From assembly GCA_025558095.1 (NCBI GenBank), contig JAIVFI010000008.1, positions 1-64,000 of the forward strand: a stretch of DNA of 64,000 nt, read 5' to 3'. Shown here piece after piece: positions 32,755 to 45,400 of the stretch. The position numbers and the translations under genes are program-made. Under the pieces are notes generated by a model. That model was not told the DNA's origin. It did no database searches and saw nothing but the letters and a program-made list of their open reading frames with translations. Each line of letters begins with the position of its first letter. Position 1 is the stretch's first letter. The DNA comes from Hyaloraphidium curvatum SAG 235-1. Its lineage: Eukaryota > Fungi > Monoblepharomycota.

Positions 32755-33025
32755 TTCGGGAGTTGCGGTTCTGGAAGGGACGCGGCGGGGCGCAGCTGAA
32801 TTCGAATTCGGCGGGGCGGCGGCAGGACGCATGCAGCAACCCGTACAGCGCACGATTCACGAAGCGCTCCCGATGAATCCAGCTGACATCGCGCTTCTTT
32901 CACCGTTTCGCCCGGCGAAGAACGCTTTTGTACAACGCGCGTGCACCCGCTCGAAGACGCCCAACCGGCCGCCCTTTTCTCACCGCCCAACCCGATCCCA
33001 AGACCCTCCGGTCCCGAACTCATCG

Positions 33026-34466
33026 TCACTCCCACAGCCTCCTTCTCCTGCTTCCCTCCGCAACCGGCTTCCCCAGCGCCGCCAGCACTTCCCTGACCGG
33101 ATACACCTCCTGCCTCCCCTGGAACGGCTGCCCCGCGATGTTGCCGAGCACCGTGCCCCTGAGGACCGGACCGCCAGGGGTGCGCGAGACGAGGGTATAG
33201 TTCTGCCGGATGGATGGGTCAGCGAAGAAGGAGGGAGTGGAAGGCGGGACGCACGAGGTCGCCGAAGGTGGTGCCGGCGAAGACGAAGCGCCAGGTGAGT
33301 CTTGCCGTTATCGATCGGGCGGCCGTTGGCCAGGTAGGTGCGGAAGCCGGGGATGCCCGTGGAAAAGTCGGCCTGCGCACGTGTGCGGGCGAGGCCGAGG
33401 ATGGATCAAGGACCGCGGAAAGGGCAGGAAGGAAGCCAGCACCTGCAGGTTCATCCGCAGCATCACGCTCGTGTTGTCCTGGCACCCGTCCTTGGGATCC
33501 GTGCTCATCCAGGTCCAGCCGGTGTAGCTGCCGAACTGGCCGGCGGCGCCGCGGATGATCTGGGGGGAGGGATGGCGGGTAAATCGCGGCGATCGGATCG
33601 CGCGCTTTGCGCTCACGAAGGAGGTGTTGAGCTCGGCGCGGGTGATGGCCCCTCCCATGTCGTTGCTTCATCGACAATCAGCGCCCAAGAACTGCGATCC
33701 GCAGGAAGCCCACCTCTGCACGCCCGCGCCCTCGACAAACGTCAACGCGTGCCTAACAGGGTATGACGTCCCGACACCCGCGAACGAGCCTAGTCCGGTG
33801 ATGTTGCCCACGTACGAGTTGAACAGGATGGTGCCATTGCTGGTGTCGCTGACGGGGGTGAAATTCTGCGCGGCGCGGGGACACGGTGAGGAGTGCGGCG
33901 CGGACGGGGCGACAGGGGGCGACCGACGGCGGAAATGAGGCTCGATCCGGCAAAGATCCCCGTGAGCGAGGTCTCATTCAGCTTCCTGAGCGTCGCCGAG
34001 AAAGTGGAGTATCCCGGGCCGGCGGTAGACTGGCACGATGTCGGCGATCAACATCGTCGCACCGCCACTTCGTGATCACGGCGTTCTGGAGCGGCGCACC
34101 TGGATGGCTTCGTCGACCCGCAGCTCCTCAGGCGTGCCTCCGGGGAAGATCCGGGTCAGGCGCCAGGAATCGAATGTGCCACCGAAGCCGGAGAGGGGGC
34201 CGGAGATGACCTGGAGGCATCGACTGCCGGTGAGTTCCGTGGAACCCGCCCTCCGAATCGGCGACGCCCACGTATTGGTCGACGAGGGAGCTCAGATTCA
34301 GCGGTCCCGCGGTACCAGGACTCGGTGAGGGGCCGGGGGAGGAGGTGGCCGTCTGCGCTCTGCGCAAAGGTTGGAAGGCCGTTGGGCGGCGTGCTTGGCC
34401 GACCTACGTGGCTCCCCCGAGGGCCCGAATGAGCATCAGCGCAACGGCAATGAACGCGGTGGGCAT
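33026..34466 (-). CDS. Multi-exon secreted beta-rich protein, possibly AttH/CrtC lipocalin-like (frame break near 33300)
   Basis: Signal peptide MPTAFIAVALMLIRALGGATA, about 9 short exons with canonical splice sites, YTGWTWMS and GTVLGNIAGQPFQGRQEV segments, several sequons. Missed by the ORF track. Confidence 0.5.
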
Positions 34467-34895
34467 AATTGGCTTCTTGGGCGGAGAAGCGCAGAGCCGC
34501 GGCGGGCGAGGTGACCTTGATGAGTCGATGCGACTGCTAAGTCAGGGATCACCGGCAGCCGGAGCCGACGGCGGGTACCAGACTTCCCGCTACCAACCCT
34601 GCATAAAGTGGAAGCGCAGTTACAATTTCCATCGGTCCGCGATCGGTTCTGCACAACCAAAGCCACGCGACGCTCGTCCTCGTCCACGCTAGCAGGATGA
34701 GGGGCTTGCCGGCACCATCCCGCAACGTATCCCGCCCAACAGCCCCGAATTCATCCATCCTGCCTTTCAGTATGATTCTTCTGTTTCGTTCTTGGTCCGT
34801 CCGGCACCCGGACCCATCTCCAAATCCCAGCATCAGACGGGGCTCTGCTGCACCGCCCCGTGCCGCTCCGAGCACTCCGCTCTCCAACCTCCGCG

Positions 34896-35570
34896 ATGCC
34901 CCCTCCCGCGGTCCCCTTGCTCCTCCCGCGGCAATCTCCTACCGACCTCCCCACCCCAACACCGTCCGCTACGCCCACCTTTGGCCCCGGCAACGGCTTC
35001 TCCAACTCGCTGCCCTTCCCCGCCGTCGTCGGGATCTCCGCCGCCTCGGCCGCCGCCCTGCTCGCCTCGGCCTTCTTGTTCGGTTTCATCCTTAAACGAT
35101 TATGGCCGCGCCGGTCGGGAGACATGGCGATGGTGACCATGGCACGGCGGGGCGAGGGGGCGAGGGACGGCCTCGGGAAGGAAGAGGTGGACGAACTGTT
35201 CCCACCGCACCCGCCAGATCCCTCTCTCCTCGGGGAGAACGAGGACTGCCCCGTGTGTTTGCAAAAGCTTCTGCTTACACCCAACGCTCCCGAAGGGGAA
35301 TCCGGGGAAGAGACGGCGGAGTGGAGGACGCTGCCGTGCGCACACTTTTTCCACTCTGCATGCTGCGCGGGGTGGCTCGAGGTCAAAGCCGAGTGCCCCG
35401 TGTGCAGGAGGAACGTGCTCTTGGAGAAGGAGGAGGGGAAGGAAGGAGAGGTGGTCGAGATGCCCGTGCCCGGAGGGGACGAACCGGGGACGAGTGTCGC
35501 GGAACGGGACGTGCGGGACGCTGCGCCACCGGCGGACGCGACGATGCCGCGGCAGGATGCAGGAGGCTGA
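34896..35570 (+). CDS. Transmembrane RING-H2 E3 ubiquitin ligase (ATL/RNF-like)
   Basis: TM helix, then CPVC...LPCAHFFHSAC...W...CPVC. Confidence 0.85.
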   Translation: MPPPAVPLLLPRQSPTDLPTPTPSATPTFGPGNGFSNSLPFPAVVGISAASAAALLASAFLFGFILKRLWPRRSGDMAMVTMARRGEGARDGLGKEEVDELFPPHPPDPSLLGENEDCPVCLQKLLLTPNAPEGESGEETAEWRTLPCAHFFHSACCAGWLEVKAECPVCRRNVLLEKEEGKEGEVVEMPVPGGDEPGTSVAERDVRDAAPPADATMPRQDAGG

Positions 35571-36134
35571 AGAGCTGCGCTGCAAATGGCCGTGAGCCGC
35601 GCGGCCGCCGCGCTCTCCCGTTGGCATCGGACGCGATGCTGGCAGCTCTTCTGGTTCCTGCCATGCGACAACAACTCTGCCTTCACACTCTGGAGCTCTG
35701 CGCAATCGGCAAACTCCATCTTGCCAGGAAAGGCGCCGGTCGAAAGCGAACCTGCCGCCGATGCCACCGGGCTGGCCATGGGGCACCGTTTACCTCGCCG
35801 AGCACCCCGAACGCCACGCCTGGACGCCCATGTCGATGCCTTGTCTCGATGGACGGCTCTTCCACCTCTCACATCGCGCGAGTGCGCGCGGGTTGCTATC
35901 ATGTGACGGGAGCCTTGGGGCTCCTTGTCTTCTCAATATACCTCTTCAACGAGACCGTCGTCTTCCGTCTCGTCGTGACGAGGAAACTAATGTCTAGGCC
36001 ATATGGTTCCCGTAGTCCCGACTTCGGCGCATGACGAATCTAAGACCTTCAATAGCCGCATCGGCGGCAAGTCTCATCCGCACGTCCCTTGCCTCTACCC
36101 ACTGCTACCGCGCTCTCTCTCCCGGAGCGCAGCG

Positions 36135-37489
36135 ATGGACGTGCTCTCCGAATACGCCGCAAAGCACCCCTGGCGCGTCGCTGCCGGAGCGGCAGCCGCG
36201 ATTGTCGCCGCGCAGCGGCTCTGGAGGGCCTTCCAACCCGCGGTCGAACCGCCGGAGGGAGCCGTCGTTCTCGTTACGGGCTGCGACACCGGCATCGCGA
36301 ACCAGACGGCCAAGCTGCTTTCGGAACTGAAGACGAAGGACGGACAAGCGAAGTACAAGGTCCTTGCCGGCTGCCTCACGCCGAAGGGCATCGAGGAGCT
36401 CGCGGCCCTCGGCCGGCCGAACCTGGTAACCTTCACGCTCGATGTCACGAGCGAAGAGTCCGTCAAGGCCATGCGCAAGCTCGCCGAGGAGCATTGCGAC
36501 GGGAACGGGCTCTTTGCGCTCTACAACATCGCCGGCGTGGGGATGGGCAGCTTTTTCGACCTGACGACGATGGACGAGTACCGGTTGGTGCGCCGCCGCG
36601 GCCACGGATGCCTCGGTGCTGACGTCGTGTCGCAGACGCACGATGGAGGTCAATTTCTTCGGCGTGGTGCGCGTCACCCAGGCTCTTTACCACCTCCTGC
36701 ACCGGTCTGCCCACCTCGCCCGACTGGCAGCTGCGCGCGGCCGACCCGTCCTCAAGCCGCGGATCGTGACGGTTTCGTCGGTCGCGTCCGAGTTGCCGGG
36801 GCCCAACGTCGCATAGTGAGTTCTTGTGCCCGCCGCGTTTTTGGTTTGATGCTGAACGGCGCCGCGCTCCCCAGTGCGGCCTCCAAGCACGCCGCCAAGG
36901 CGTTCTGCAACGGACTCCGTGCAGAAGCGTCCGCATTCGGGATCGAAGTCATCGAAGTTCGCCCGTTCTATGTCGCGACCAACATCGTTCCGACGAAAGA
37001 GAACGTGAGCCTGGCCCGTCGGATGGGAGGCCCCGCTGACCCGGAATGCCGCGCTAGTTCGGAGAGCTCGTCGTCAAGCAGGGGCTTGCTGCGAAGTTCG
37101 GCGATCCCGGCCCGAACGCATTCGAGAAGGATCCGTACGGCGCAGAGAACCCCGTCAACCGCTACGTCGGCGGCCTGGACGCCCTGGCGCGGAACTCTGA
37201 GAAGATGCTCCAGAATATGGACACGTCCAAAATGATGACGGCGCGCTACATTGCGGAAAGGATGGCGGAGCAGATGGAATCGGAGCGGCCGCGCAACAAC
37301 ATCATGCTGTCGAATTCCCTCGGCGACTACACCATCTACCACCTCATGAGGCACGTGCCTGACTTTCTCATGGGGGTGCAGGGCCGCGCGATGAGGAGCG
37401 CCGTCCTCGATCAGTTCGTCGTTCCCGTGCAGGTGGAGAAGGTGGGGGCTGGACAAGTGCTGGAGGCGAGGCCTCCGATGGCTGCATGA
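36135..37489 (+). CDS. SDR, retinol/17beta-HSD-like (paralog B of 19939-21277)
   Basis: TGCDTGIA, EVNFFG, YAASK. Introns 36584-36635, 36816-36874, 37005-37057; colinear with paralog A. Confidence 0.85.
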
Positions 37490-37781
37490 GCATCTCTTTT
37501 GCACTTTGTATACATCTACAGGTTTTAGTGGAGAAGGGTACAGGACGCCGCGTCGGTGTCCACACCTCACGACGGCGCCGAGCACAACACGACGACGTTG
37601 TCGAAGAACGCAAACTGCGAGGTCGTCACCACGAGCTACTCCAGGGTCCCGTCTCGTGCCGTCGGGCAGTGGCCGAGGTCGCCACGGCCGTGCCGATCCG
37701 AACCCCGCTTTCACGGCGCCGTGGCGGAGCCGGCCACACCCAATCCAGCAGCCGTGCCACCGGCGACCCCCTCCTAGTCCT

Positions 37782-38924
37782 TCAGAGCGCCTCACGCTCC
37801 AACCGCGTCCACATCGCCCGCTCCGCCGCCACATCCCACGGTACCTCGTCCACGAGGTCCAGCACCGTCGATCGCACCCGCGTCCGCAGCTCAGCCTCGA
37901 CCCGGGGCAGGTCCGCCTCGGCGATGCAGAAGAAAGGGTAGGAGATATGAAGGATTTCGGCGCGGGGAACGCCGCGGAGCGCGAACAGGTCGGTGTCGAA
38001 GCCGTGCAAGGAGAGCCGGTGGAAGTCGAGCCGCAGCAGAAAGTCCCATAGCCATTTCGGTGGCGCGGGTGCGTCGTGCTCGTCGTTGAACTCCTCGCTC
38101 GCGGGGAAGAAATGGAGCTCCAGCTCCTTTGGAGAAAATAGCCGGTGATCGGCCAGTTCCCGGGGCACGGCGCGGGCCGATGCGCGGAGGCGTTCGAGCT
38201 TGCCCACGAGAATGGGATTGTCGCACGCGAGATTCGACAGGAAGCCCATCGGGCGCTGCACGTTGCGTGGCAGCTGCAGGGAGAGAGATGCCAGTTTGGA
38301 GCAGTCGGTTTCCAGGTTGTCGAGCACCTCCGCCGGCGGGTCGAGGGGCGCGTCGTTCGGATGGCAGACGAGCTGCCAGAGCTCGATCCGGAGGAGAGAG
38401 GGCGGAAAGCGGATGGTGCTGAGGCCCACCGCGCCCTCTTCGTCGCTGTAGAGCAGTTCCAGGTCCTCCAGGTTCTCGAGCCGAAGGAGAATTCTTCCAA
38501 CGGGGAGTACGCCGGCTGACAGCTCCAGGCGGAGCTTCCGCACCCCGACACACGCAAGCAGGCACGAATGCACGTGGCTCGGCGTCAGGACGGCGTAGAT
38601 GTGCAGCTCGCGGACCAGGCGCGCGAGATGCGGCGCCCTGAGCACCCTCTCAAACAGGGCAAAGCCGCGGCGCGTCGGCTGCACGCGGCGGAGGAGCACC
38701 GGCATCGCGGCGGCGTGGAGGACGCGGCATGCCGCGGAGAATCGGGCAAGGTCGGCGCGGCGCGGGAGGGTTCCGCAGACGGCGGCGAGGATTTCAGGGG
38801 GGAGCTCAACGAGTGCACGTGGTGGCCCTGTCGGGACCGGGGAGGCCGGTGCGTCGACATACGACGCGTCACTGTCGTTCGCAGGGGCCATGGCACGCTT
38901 TAGGACGTGTAAAATGTGATCCAT
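37782..38924 (-). CDS. F-box-like domain protein with LRR-like C-terminus
   Basis: LVELPPEILAAVCGTL..ADLARFSAACRVLH F-box signature followed by LxxLxL repeats. The start may be 38892. Confidence 0.75.
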   Translation of the reverse strand: MDHILHVLKRAMAPANDSDASYVDAPASPVPTGPPRALVELPPEILAAVCGTLPRRADLARFSAACRVLHAAAMPVLLRRVQPTRRGFALFERVLRAPHLARLVRELHIYAVLTPSHVHSCLLACVGVRKLRLELSAGVLPVGRILLRLENLEDLELLYSDEEGAVGLSTIRFPPSLLRIELWQLVCHPNDAPLDPPAEVLDNLETDCSKLASLSLQLPRNVQRPMGFLSNLACDNPILVGKLERLRASARAVPRELADHRLFSPKELELHFFPASEEFNDEHDAPAPPKWLWDFLLRLDFHRLSLHGFDTDLFALRGVPRAEILHISYPFFCIAEADLPRVEAELRTRVRSTVLDLVDEVPWDVAAERAMWTRLEREAL

Positions 38925-39113
38925 GGTCGCGAGAAATGTGGGTAAGGCTGAATGGCGAGGCGGCCGGGACTGTTGGCCCGGATTGGGCCCGCTATTTCAT
39001 AGCATCTCCACGAGACGCGAAAGTGCACGAAATAGACAAGCTGATGTTGCTGCGAGAGTCAATTCGCCGAGACTGCCATTCTCCCCTACAGCCCAGCGAC
39101 CTCCAACGAGCAA

Positions 39114-40308
39114 TCACGCCTCCGCCCCGAACTTCTCCCCCACGATCCCCTCAGACACCTCCCACAGCTTCGCCGCCGCCTCCATGTCCTTGGCCCACTC
39201 CTTGCACGCCTCCTCGGCCACGCGGCAGTCCTCCATGTAGGCCCCGGAGCTGCCGGCGATGGAGGGGTCGAAGCCGGCGACGATGTGGCTGGCGTAACAG
39301 CGAGGGCTATTAGATTCGGGCTCGCACACGGTGCAAGATGGCGGAAGCGCAACATACGTCGACGCCCCGTTGCCCAGCTGCTTGTACCTCGTCTTGCCCA
39401 GGTCGATCAGCCCCATCTCCTTGAGCTTCGCGAACGCGCCCTCCTCGACCCCGTCGCGCAGGTTGGTCACGATGCTGCCCGGGTGCGGGGCGAAGGAGAG
39501 GATGCGGCCGGGGTAGCGCGCGGCGAGGGCGCGGGAGAAGAGGATGTTGGCGGTCTTGCTCTGGCCGTAGCCTTCCCAGGGGTTCTTTGACGTGGGGAGG
39601 GGTGGGCGGGTGTCAAGAAACGACGGGCAGTGACCTACGTAGACTTTGCCGTTCTGGAAGTTGAGGTCGTCGAACCGCACGGGGCCGAGGACGTGCCCGA
39701 CCGAGGTCACGTTGATTACCCGCGACGGCTGCTCGGGTGTGCTCCCCTCGAGGAGCTTGTTGATGATCAGGTTGGTGAAAAGAAAGTGCCCGATGTGCTT
39801 TTCAATTTGAACTTCAGCTGCCGCTCCGCCGGCGCCCGCGACGATGCCACCCACGTTGGTAGCAAACTGCGACTCGAGCCCGTCCCCGACGACGCGGAAC
39901 GGCGTCGCCATGATCCCAGAGTTGTTGAACAGCACGTGCAGCGGCTCCTCGTAGCCGTTGACCTCTGCCGCCGCCTTCCGCACGGAGCCGAGGCTCTCGA
40001 GGTCGAGGTCCAGCAGCCGCAGGTTCGCCGCGGGCGTCTCGGCGCGGATCGCGGCCGCCGTCTCCTCCAGCCTATCGCCGCACATCAATCTCGGTCCGCG
40101 TTCACTCGTTCCCGCCGGGGAGTGCCCACTTTGCCTTGTTCCGCCCCGCGAGCACCACCAGCGCCGCGCCGTGCTTCGCGAGGACGCGCGCGCATTCCGA
40201 GCCCAGGGAGCGCGGCGAGGCGCCCGTCACGAGGACGTTGCGGCCTTTGATGTTTCCCGCGAGGGCGGCGGCGGCCTCGTCGGCCGTGGTGTCGAATCCG
40301 AACGTCAT
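39114..40308 (-). CDS. SDR, WWOX/retinol-dehydrogenase-like
   Basis: VTGASP.SLG, NNSGIMA, QFATNHIGHF, YGQSKTAN, HPG. Introns 40072-40129, 39798-39854, 39585-39638, 39289-39357. Confidence 0.88.
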
Positions 40309-40539
40309 GCTTGCGGTGTCTCCCGCAAATGCGGACCCGGGCGGCTTACGAAAGGGCATCCGCGCCCGCACTGGGCAGACAGGAAGGCCCAATCCGCTTC
40401 CAATACAGTCGACCGCTCCCAATACAATGGACAAAGACATGCCAGATCGATGAGCTGAAACCACGCGGGGCAGTACATTGCCACGGGGCCCGAAGGCGCG
40501 CAGCACCTTCCCATTCCCCGCCGCGCTCCGCGATCCCGC

Positions 40540-40863
40540 AACACATCTCCCTCCTCCCTTCTCCCCCGCCCGCGCATCCTCCGCCATGATCCTGACCAGC
40601 GCCTGCGCCCCCCTGCCCAGGTTCTCCGGGGCGATCCCGGACCCCCGGTCGAACAGCACGTTGTCCAGGTTCCATCCCGGAATGCGGGAAAGGACGAACA
40701 TGTCGACCAAGGGCGTGGGGCCGGGTAGATGGGCGACGGGCTTGCCAGGGCCCTACAGTGTGGAGGGGACGATGGGGGCGGCCGAGGTGAGCCCGAGCGC
40801 GTCGAGGCGGCGTTCGAAGTCCTCCCGCGCAGGGGCTCGGGGGACGCCGGTGTTTCCCAGCAC
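40540..40863 (-). pseudogene. Unidentified gene fragment with in-frame TAG
   Basis: GC3-rich frame EDFERRLDALG..PSTL*GPGK..LVDMFVLSRIPGWNLDNVLFDRG, preceded by a CTAAC branch-like site. Confidence 0.35.
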
Positions 40864-41190
40864 TCCGTGCCAGCAATATGTTAGAGAAGGAGAAAAAGAA
40901 GGGAACTGGGAGAGTGGAGTTTCGGCGCCTTTCAGGGGTTCCCGACCGCTGTTCCCGGCGTTGACGCAACCCCTGGTCGGCGGCTTCGAGGGCGGCTCGG
41001 CGACAGGGCAGCCGCGGAGCACGCTGCTAGTTGTCTTCTCCTTTAATTCCCCGATGAGCAGGACGCCCCCGGCTCCCGGCGACACGTTGTGTGGTTGTTG
41101 GTCCGTGCTTGCGAGTGAGCTTTCGAAAGTTCAAGCGGCTCTGACCGCGCAAGGTGACGTAGCCTTCGCCCTCCCCACGCCGCCGCCGCG

Positions 41191-42099
41191 ATGCCGCAGC
41201 GGTTCTCGACGAGCTACGAGTACGGGTGGGGAGTGCCTGCCCCGCGATGCAGCCCCCGCTGACCGGTCTCCCCGCAGCCACCCGTGGGCGCTCGTCACCC
41301 GCGGCGTGTGGGCAAAGTACCCGAACCCGCAGGCGTCGCACGTCCTCTCGGCCGACGTGCTCGACCGGCGGGTGGCCGCGGACGGCTCGCTGCACACGCT
41401 GCGGCTGCTGGTCAAGACGAACCACATGCCCGCGTGGGGCGCCGCCGTGCGTCGACAGCCGCCCCGCCGCGATGCCCGCGCCTGACCCCGTTTTCCCCCC
41501 TCCTTATATCGCGGATATTGCCGTCGGCCGGGGTCCCGCCGGCAAAACAGCTCTTCAAGGTCGCCATGCACGGCTACATCCTCGAGCAGTCCGTCGTCGA
41601 CCCCCGCACCCGCACCATGACCACGACCACCAAAAACATCACCCACACCACCCTGATGGAGGTCACCGAGTGGTCGACCCTGAGGCCGGACGATTCCGGG
41701 TCGGGCACGCGGGTGGACGTCGAGGCGCTCGTGTCGTGCACGCTCAGGACGGGGGGCTCGTTCCTCCGCTCGAGGGTCGAGGCGTTCGGCGTGCAGCGGT
41801 TCGAGAAGAACGTGGGCAAGGCGCGGGTGGGCATGGAATGGGTGCTCGCGCGACTCGAGGGGCAGCAGGCGGACGAGGAGGCCGAGAGGGGGAGGAAGGC
41901 GCTGCTCAAGAAGGTCAAGGACAGGGTGGTGCTCGCCGGCGAGCGGGTGGGGGAAAGGGTGGAGCGAGTGGCGGAGAGGGTGGGGGACCGCGTGGAGCGG
42001 GCCGCGGAGAGGGTGGGGGAGAAGGTGGAGAGGGCGGCGGGGAGGGCCGCCGAGGCGCTGCCGGTGGCCAAGCCCGCTGCAGAAGGCGTGCCGCGCTAG
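41191..42099 (+). CDS. PRELI/MSF1 (Ups1-like) mitochondrial lipid-transfer protein
   Basis: HPW..V....W.KYPNP...HVLSADVLDR.V...G.L.T.RL, ILEQSVVDP....TTTKN. Introns 41226-41277 and 41447-41550. Confidence 0.88.
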
Positions 42100-42434
42100 G
42101 CTGCCTGCCGGAGCTGCCGCACTTGCTTCTTCCTCCTCCCTCCCACCCCATCGGCATCCTTCCCTGATTCGTTCTGGACTCGCTCTGTCTCTTGCGGACG
42201 TTCCGCGTGTACATAACCACCGCGGCCCGGGCACACGGCATGCCGGGCACGCCACTTGTGGGATCTGCTCTCCTTCAAATGTAGCATCAATAGCATCTTC
42301 TGATCTGGGGAACGCTGTGTCGGATGTTCGGTCCCTTGGTCCTCGGGGGCTACATCTACATCCGTGATCTCCCATAGGCCCAATCGAAACCCGTCCGCCC
42401 CCTCGATCTGCCCCATACGGGCCTGATCTGCCCC

Positions 42435-45400
42435 TCACACGCGATCCATCCCCTCCTCGACGTCGGCCTCCTCTTCCCCGCCATGCTCCCTCCTCCGATC
42501 CGCGCGGCGGCTCCCCCGCATGCCGCCTCCCTCTCCGCGGCCCTCGCCCGCGGCATCCCACCGCTGCCCCTCCTCCCTCCGCAAGGCGGAGCCGAGCAGA
42601 TCCAGCAGCGCCTGCGGCACCGCCGGCGCTTCTGACGGCGCCCCGGCTGCTTCCCCGTCCACCCCGCCGGCATCCGTCCGCGCCTCCTCGGACGGAACAG
42701 GCGCCCGGGACCGCGCACGGCGCCGGCTTCCCGCGTCCGCGCGCGGCGCCGTCCCGCGGCCGGCGCCGGCGAGGAGCCCCACCAGCGCCTCCGGGACGGC
42801 GGGCTTCTCCGCCCCCGCGCGGGGTTCGGAACCCGCGGCATCCTCCCCCTCGGCCGTCGGCTCCACGGACGCCGGAGGAGCAGCGCGATCCCGGCGTCCG
42901 GCGTCCGCAAGCCGCGCCGCGCGGCGCGCAGCCTTCAGCTCCTGCCTCGTGCGGAGCGCAAAGTCCTCCAGGCCCTCCCGCCCCGCATCCCCGGGATCGA
43001 ACCCGGCACGTGCCAGCGCGTCCCGGGCCAGGGCCTCCATGTCCGCCTTGTGCGGTTCCGGAAGGAGCTCCGCGATGCGCAGGGCGTTGAAGAACCCTGG
43101 CCAGATCCGTTTCCCGCCAGAGCGCGTCAAAGCCAGGCCGGGGCAAGGCCCGACGTCGCGGGCGGAACCGTGAGGTTGGGCCGCACCGGGGGGACCGCCG
43201 GTGAAGAACGCAGAGAGCAGCGCGACCGCAGGCTCCACATCGTCGTTCCGATCCGACCGCGCCAGCGCGCGAAGTCTCGCCATCACGGGATCCCAGAACG
43301 GCGGATGCCCATGCACGCGGGGGGGCAGGGGCCGCACCCACTCGAGGAGCTCGCCTGCGCTCCCCGCACGCCCGGCGATGGCATCCGCAATCGTCTTGTG
43401 GTCCACCCGGGTCCCGCCGGGCACCAGGGACGCGAGCTCGGCCAGGGCCGCCGGATCTCCGCGCGACGCTAGGAGCTCCAGCGCCGTCGTCCACAGCCCC
43501 GCGCCCACCGGGATCCCCGCCGACTCCACGGCCGCGAGTGCCCGCGCCACTTCCTGCGCGGTGGTCGCGGGGCCTACGAGGTCGGCGAGGACCCGCCGGG
43601 GCGGCTTGGGACGGCGATCCTCCGCTGCGATCCCGCCCTCTTGTCCGTCGAGGAGCTCGGATGCTTTCTCGGGCTGGCCGTTGGCGCGCGATCTGGCGCC
43701 TTCCAAAAGATCCACGAGCGCCTTGACCTCGTTCCCGGTGTCCTTCTCCCGCGAAATCCGATCGGATGCGCGGCGGTCACGTGGCGGCGGATTGAGATCC
43801 GCGTCCTGCACCTCATTGCTGCCGTCGTGCTCCTCCGACTGCTTTCCCGAATCTTCAAGAAGGTCCACGAGCACCTTGGCATCCGATCCGGGGCCCCGCC
43901 TCCGCCGCCGCGGTTTGCTCGGGGTTTGGTTCGCTGTGCTCTCCTCCTCGCTGGGCACTTCGCTCGCCTCCTGGCTCCGCAGTTCCAAAAGCTCCAGCAG
44001 CTCCGCCGGCAGCGTGGCTGCCCTCCTCCTGCCGGTCTTTGCAGCGCCGTCGTCGCCGGGCCCCGCATCTGAAGAGCCGCTTTCGGCCACACGTTGTGCC
44101 TCGCGCCACCCGCTGAGCTTTCCCCACACGACGTCCTGCATTTCGAGCAGCCCCAACCCCTCCGCCTCGAAGCCCGCCCGGACGAGGGCCTGCCGCGCCA
44201 GCTCCTCCATCTCGCGCCTCTGCTCCCGGTAGAGGCGGTTGCACGCGGCGAGGGCGTTCACGAGGCTTCGGAGCACTGCCTTGCGGTGCCGAACGAGGGG
44301 CGGCGGGGCGATACCGGCAAACGGCAGTGCTTCCGCAGCCGGGGCGAACAGGTCGCCCGAGTCGATGGCCGTACCGGTGAAAAGTGCCCTGCAGATGGCT
44401 ATCACAGGCGCCGGATCGTCATTTGGTCTCATCCGGCGGCCGAGATAATCCAATGCGTATGCCCAGACCCATGGCAACCACAACATCGAGGCCGGGAGCG
44501 TCCGCAGAACGGCAACCGCCCCCTTGTAGTCGCCGGCAGCCTGACAGAGTTTTTCAACGGCCGTGCCCGCCTGGACGTACTCCGGCTCCGGGATTGAGCC
44601 CCACAGTTCCGAGACAGCCGCGGCGTCCCCCCTCTCGGCAACGAGCAGCAGCGCCTGGTTCCAGCGGTCCGCGTTCAGCGGAATCCCCGCCCCCGCAAGG
44701 AGCGCCATGGCCTCCACAGCCTGCTCGCCCGTCGCGGCGGACCCGACAAGCGCGTCCACGAGCGTCGCAACGTCCCCGCTATCGAGTTCTCCGCCTTCCG
44801 CAACGAGCGCGACAAACTGCTCCCGCACGCGGTCCCACTGACGGAGGTTGCCGTAAGCGCTGATGAACGACATGCGGTCGTCGGGGCTCGGTTGGGCGCC
44901 GCGGCGTTCCAAGTCCTCCGCGAGCCCGACCACTGCCTCGTCGCCAGCCAGCTCGGCGTGCTCGAGCAGTGGCTCGTAGTGCGCCGCCGACGGGGGAACC
45001 GAGTACGGTTCCGAGTACAGGATGTTTAGGGCGGCGCGGGCAAGGCGCGGGTTGCCGCCCTCCAAAAGCGCCTTGACAAAGAACTGCAGCGGCACGGGCC
45101 CGCGCAGGCGCCCGTCGCGTTGCTGGCGGGCCACGAGGGAAAGGAGCTCCAGCAGCTTGCGGGCCCTCGTGATGGTCCCCACCGGCATGCCTGGGCGGCT
45201 CAGGTCGGCGATCCGCTCGGCTTCGCCCGAAGCGAGGTAGGCCCGCAATGCAGCCTCGGGATCCTCGGCTACCTCCATGGGATCCGGCCCATCCTCCGTC
45301 ATTGGGTGTTGGCGCTGACTGCCAATAAGGGGCTCAGAAGATGGAGGACGAATCCGCAGGTCCGCCGCCGCGCCGGTGACAGCAGGGTAGCCTGTCAAGT

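Noticed and set aside
31948-32853. 301-aa ORF as the real product
   Set aside because: It reads through two introns and an off-frame exon by chance; splicing gives the conserved family sequence.
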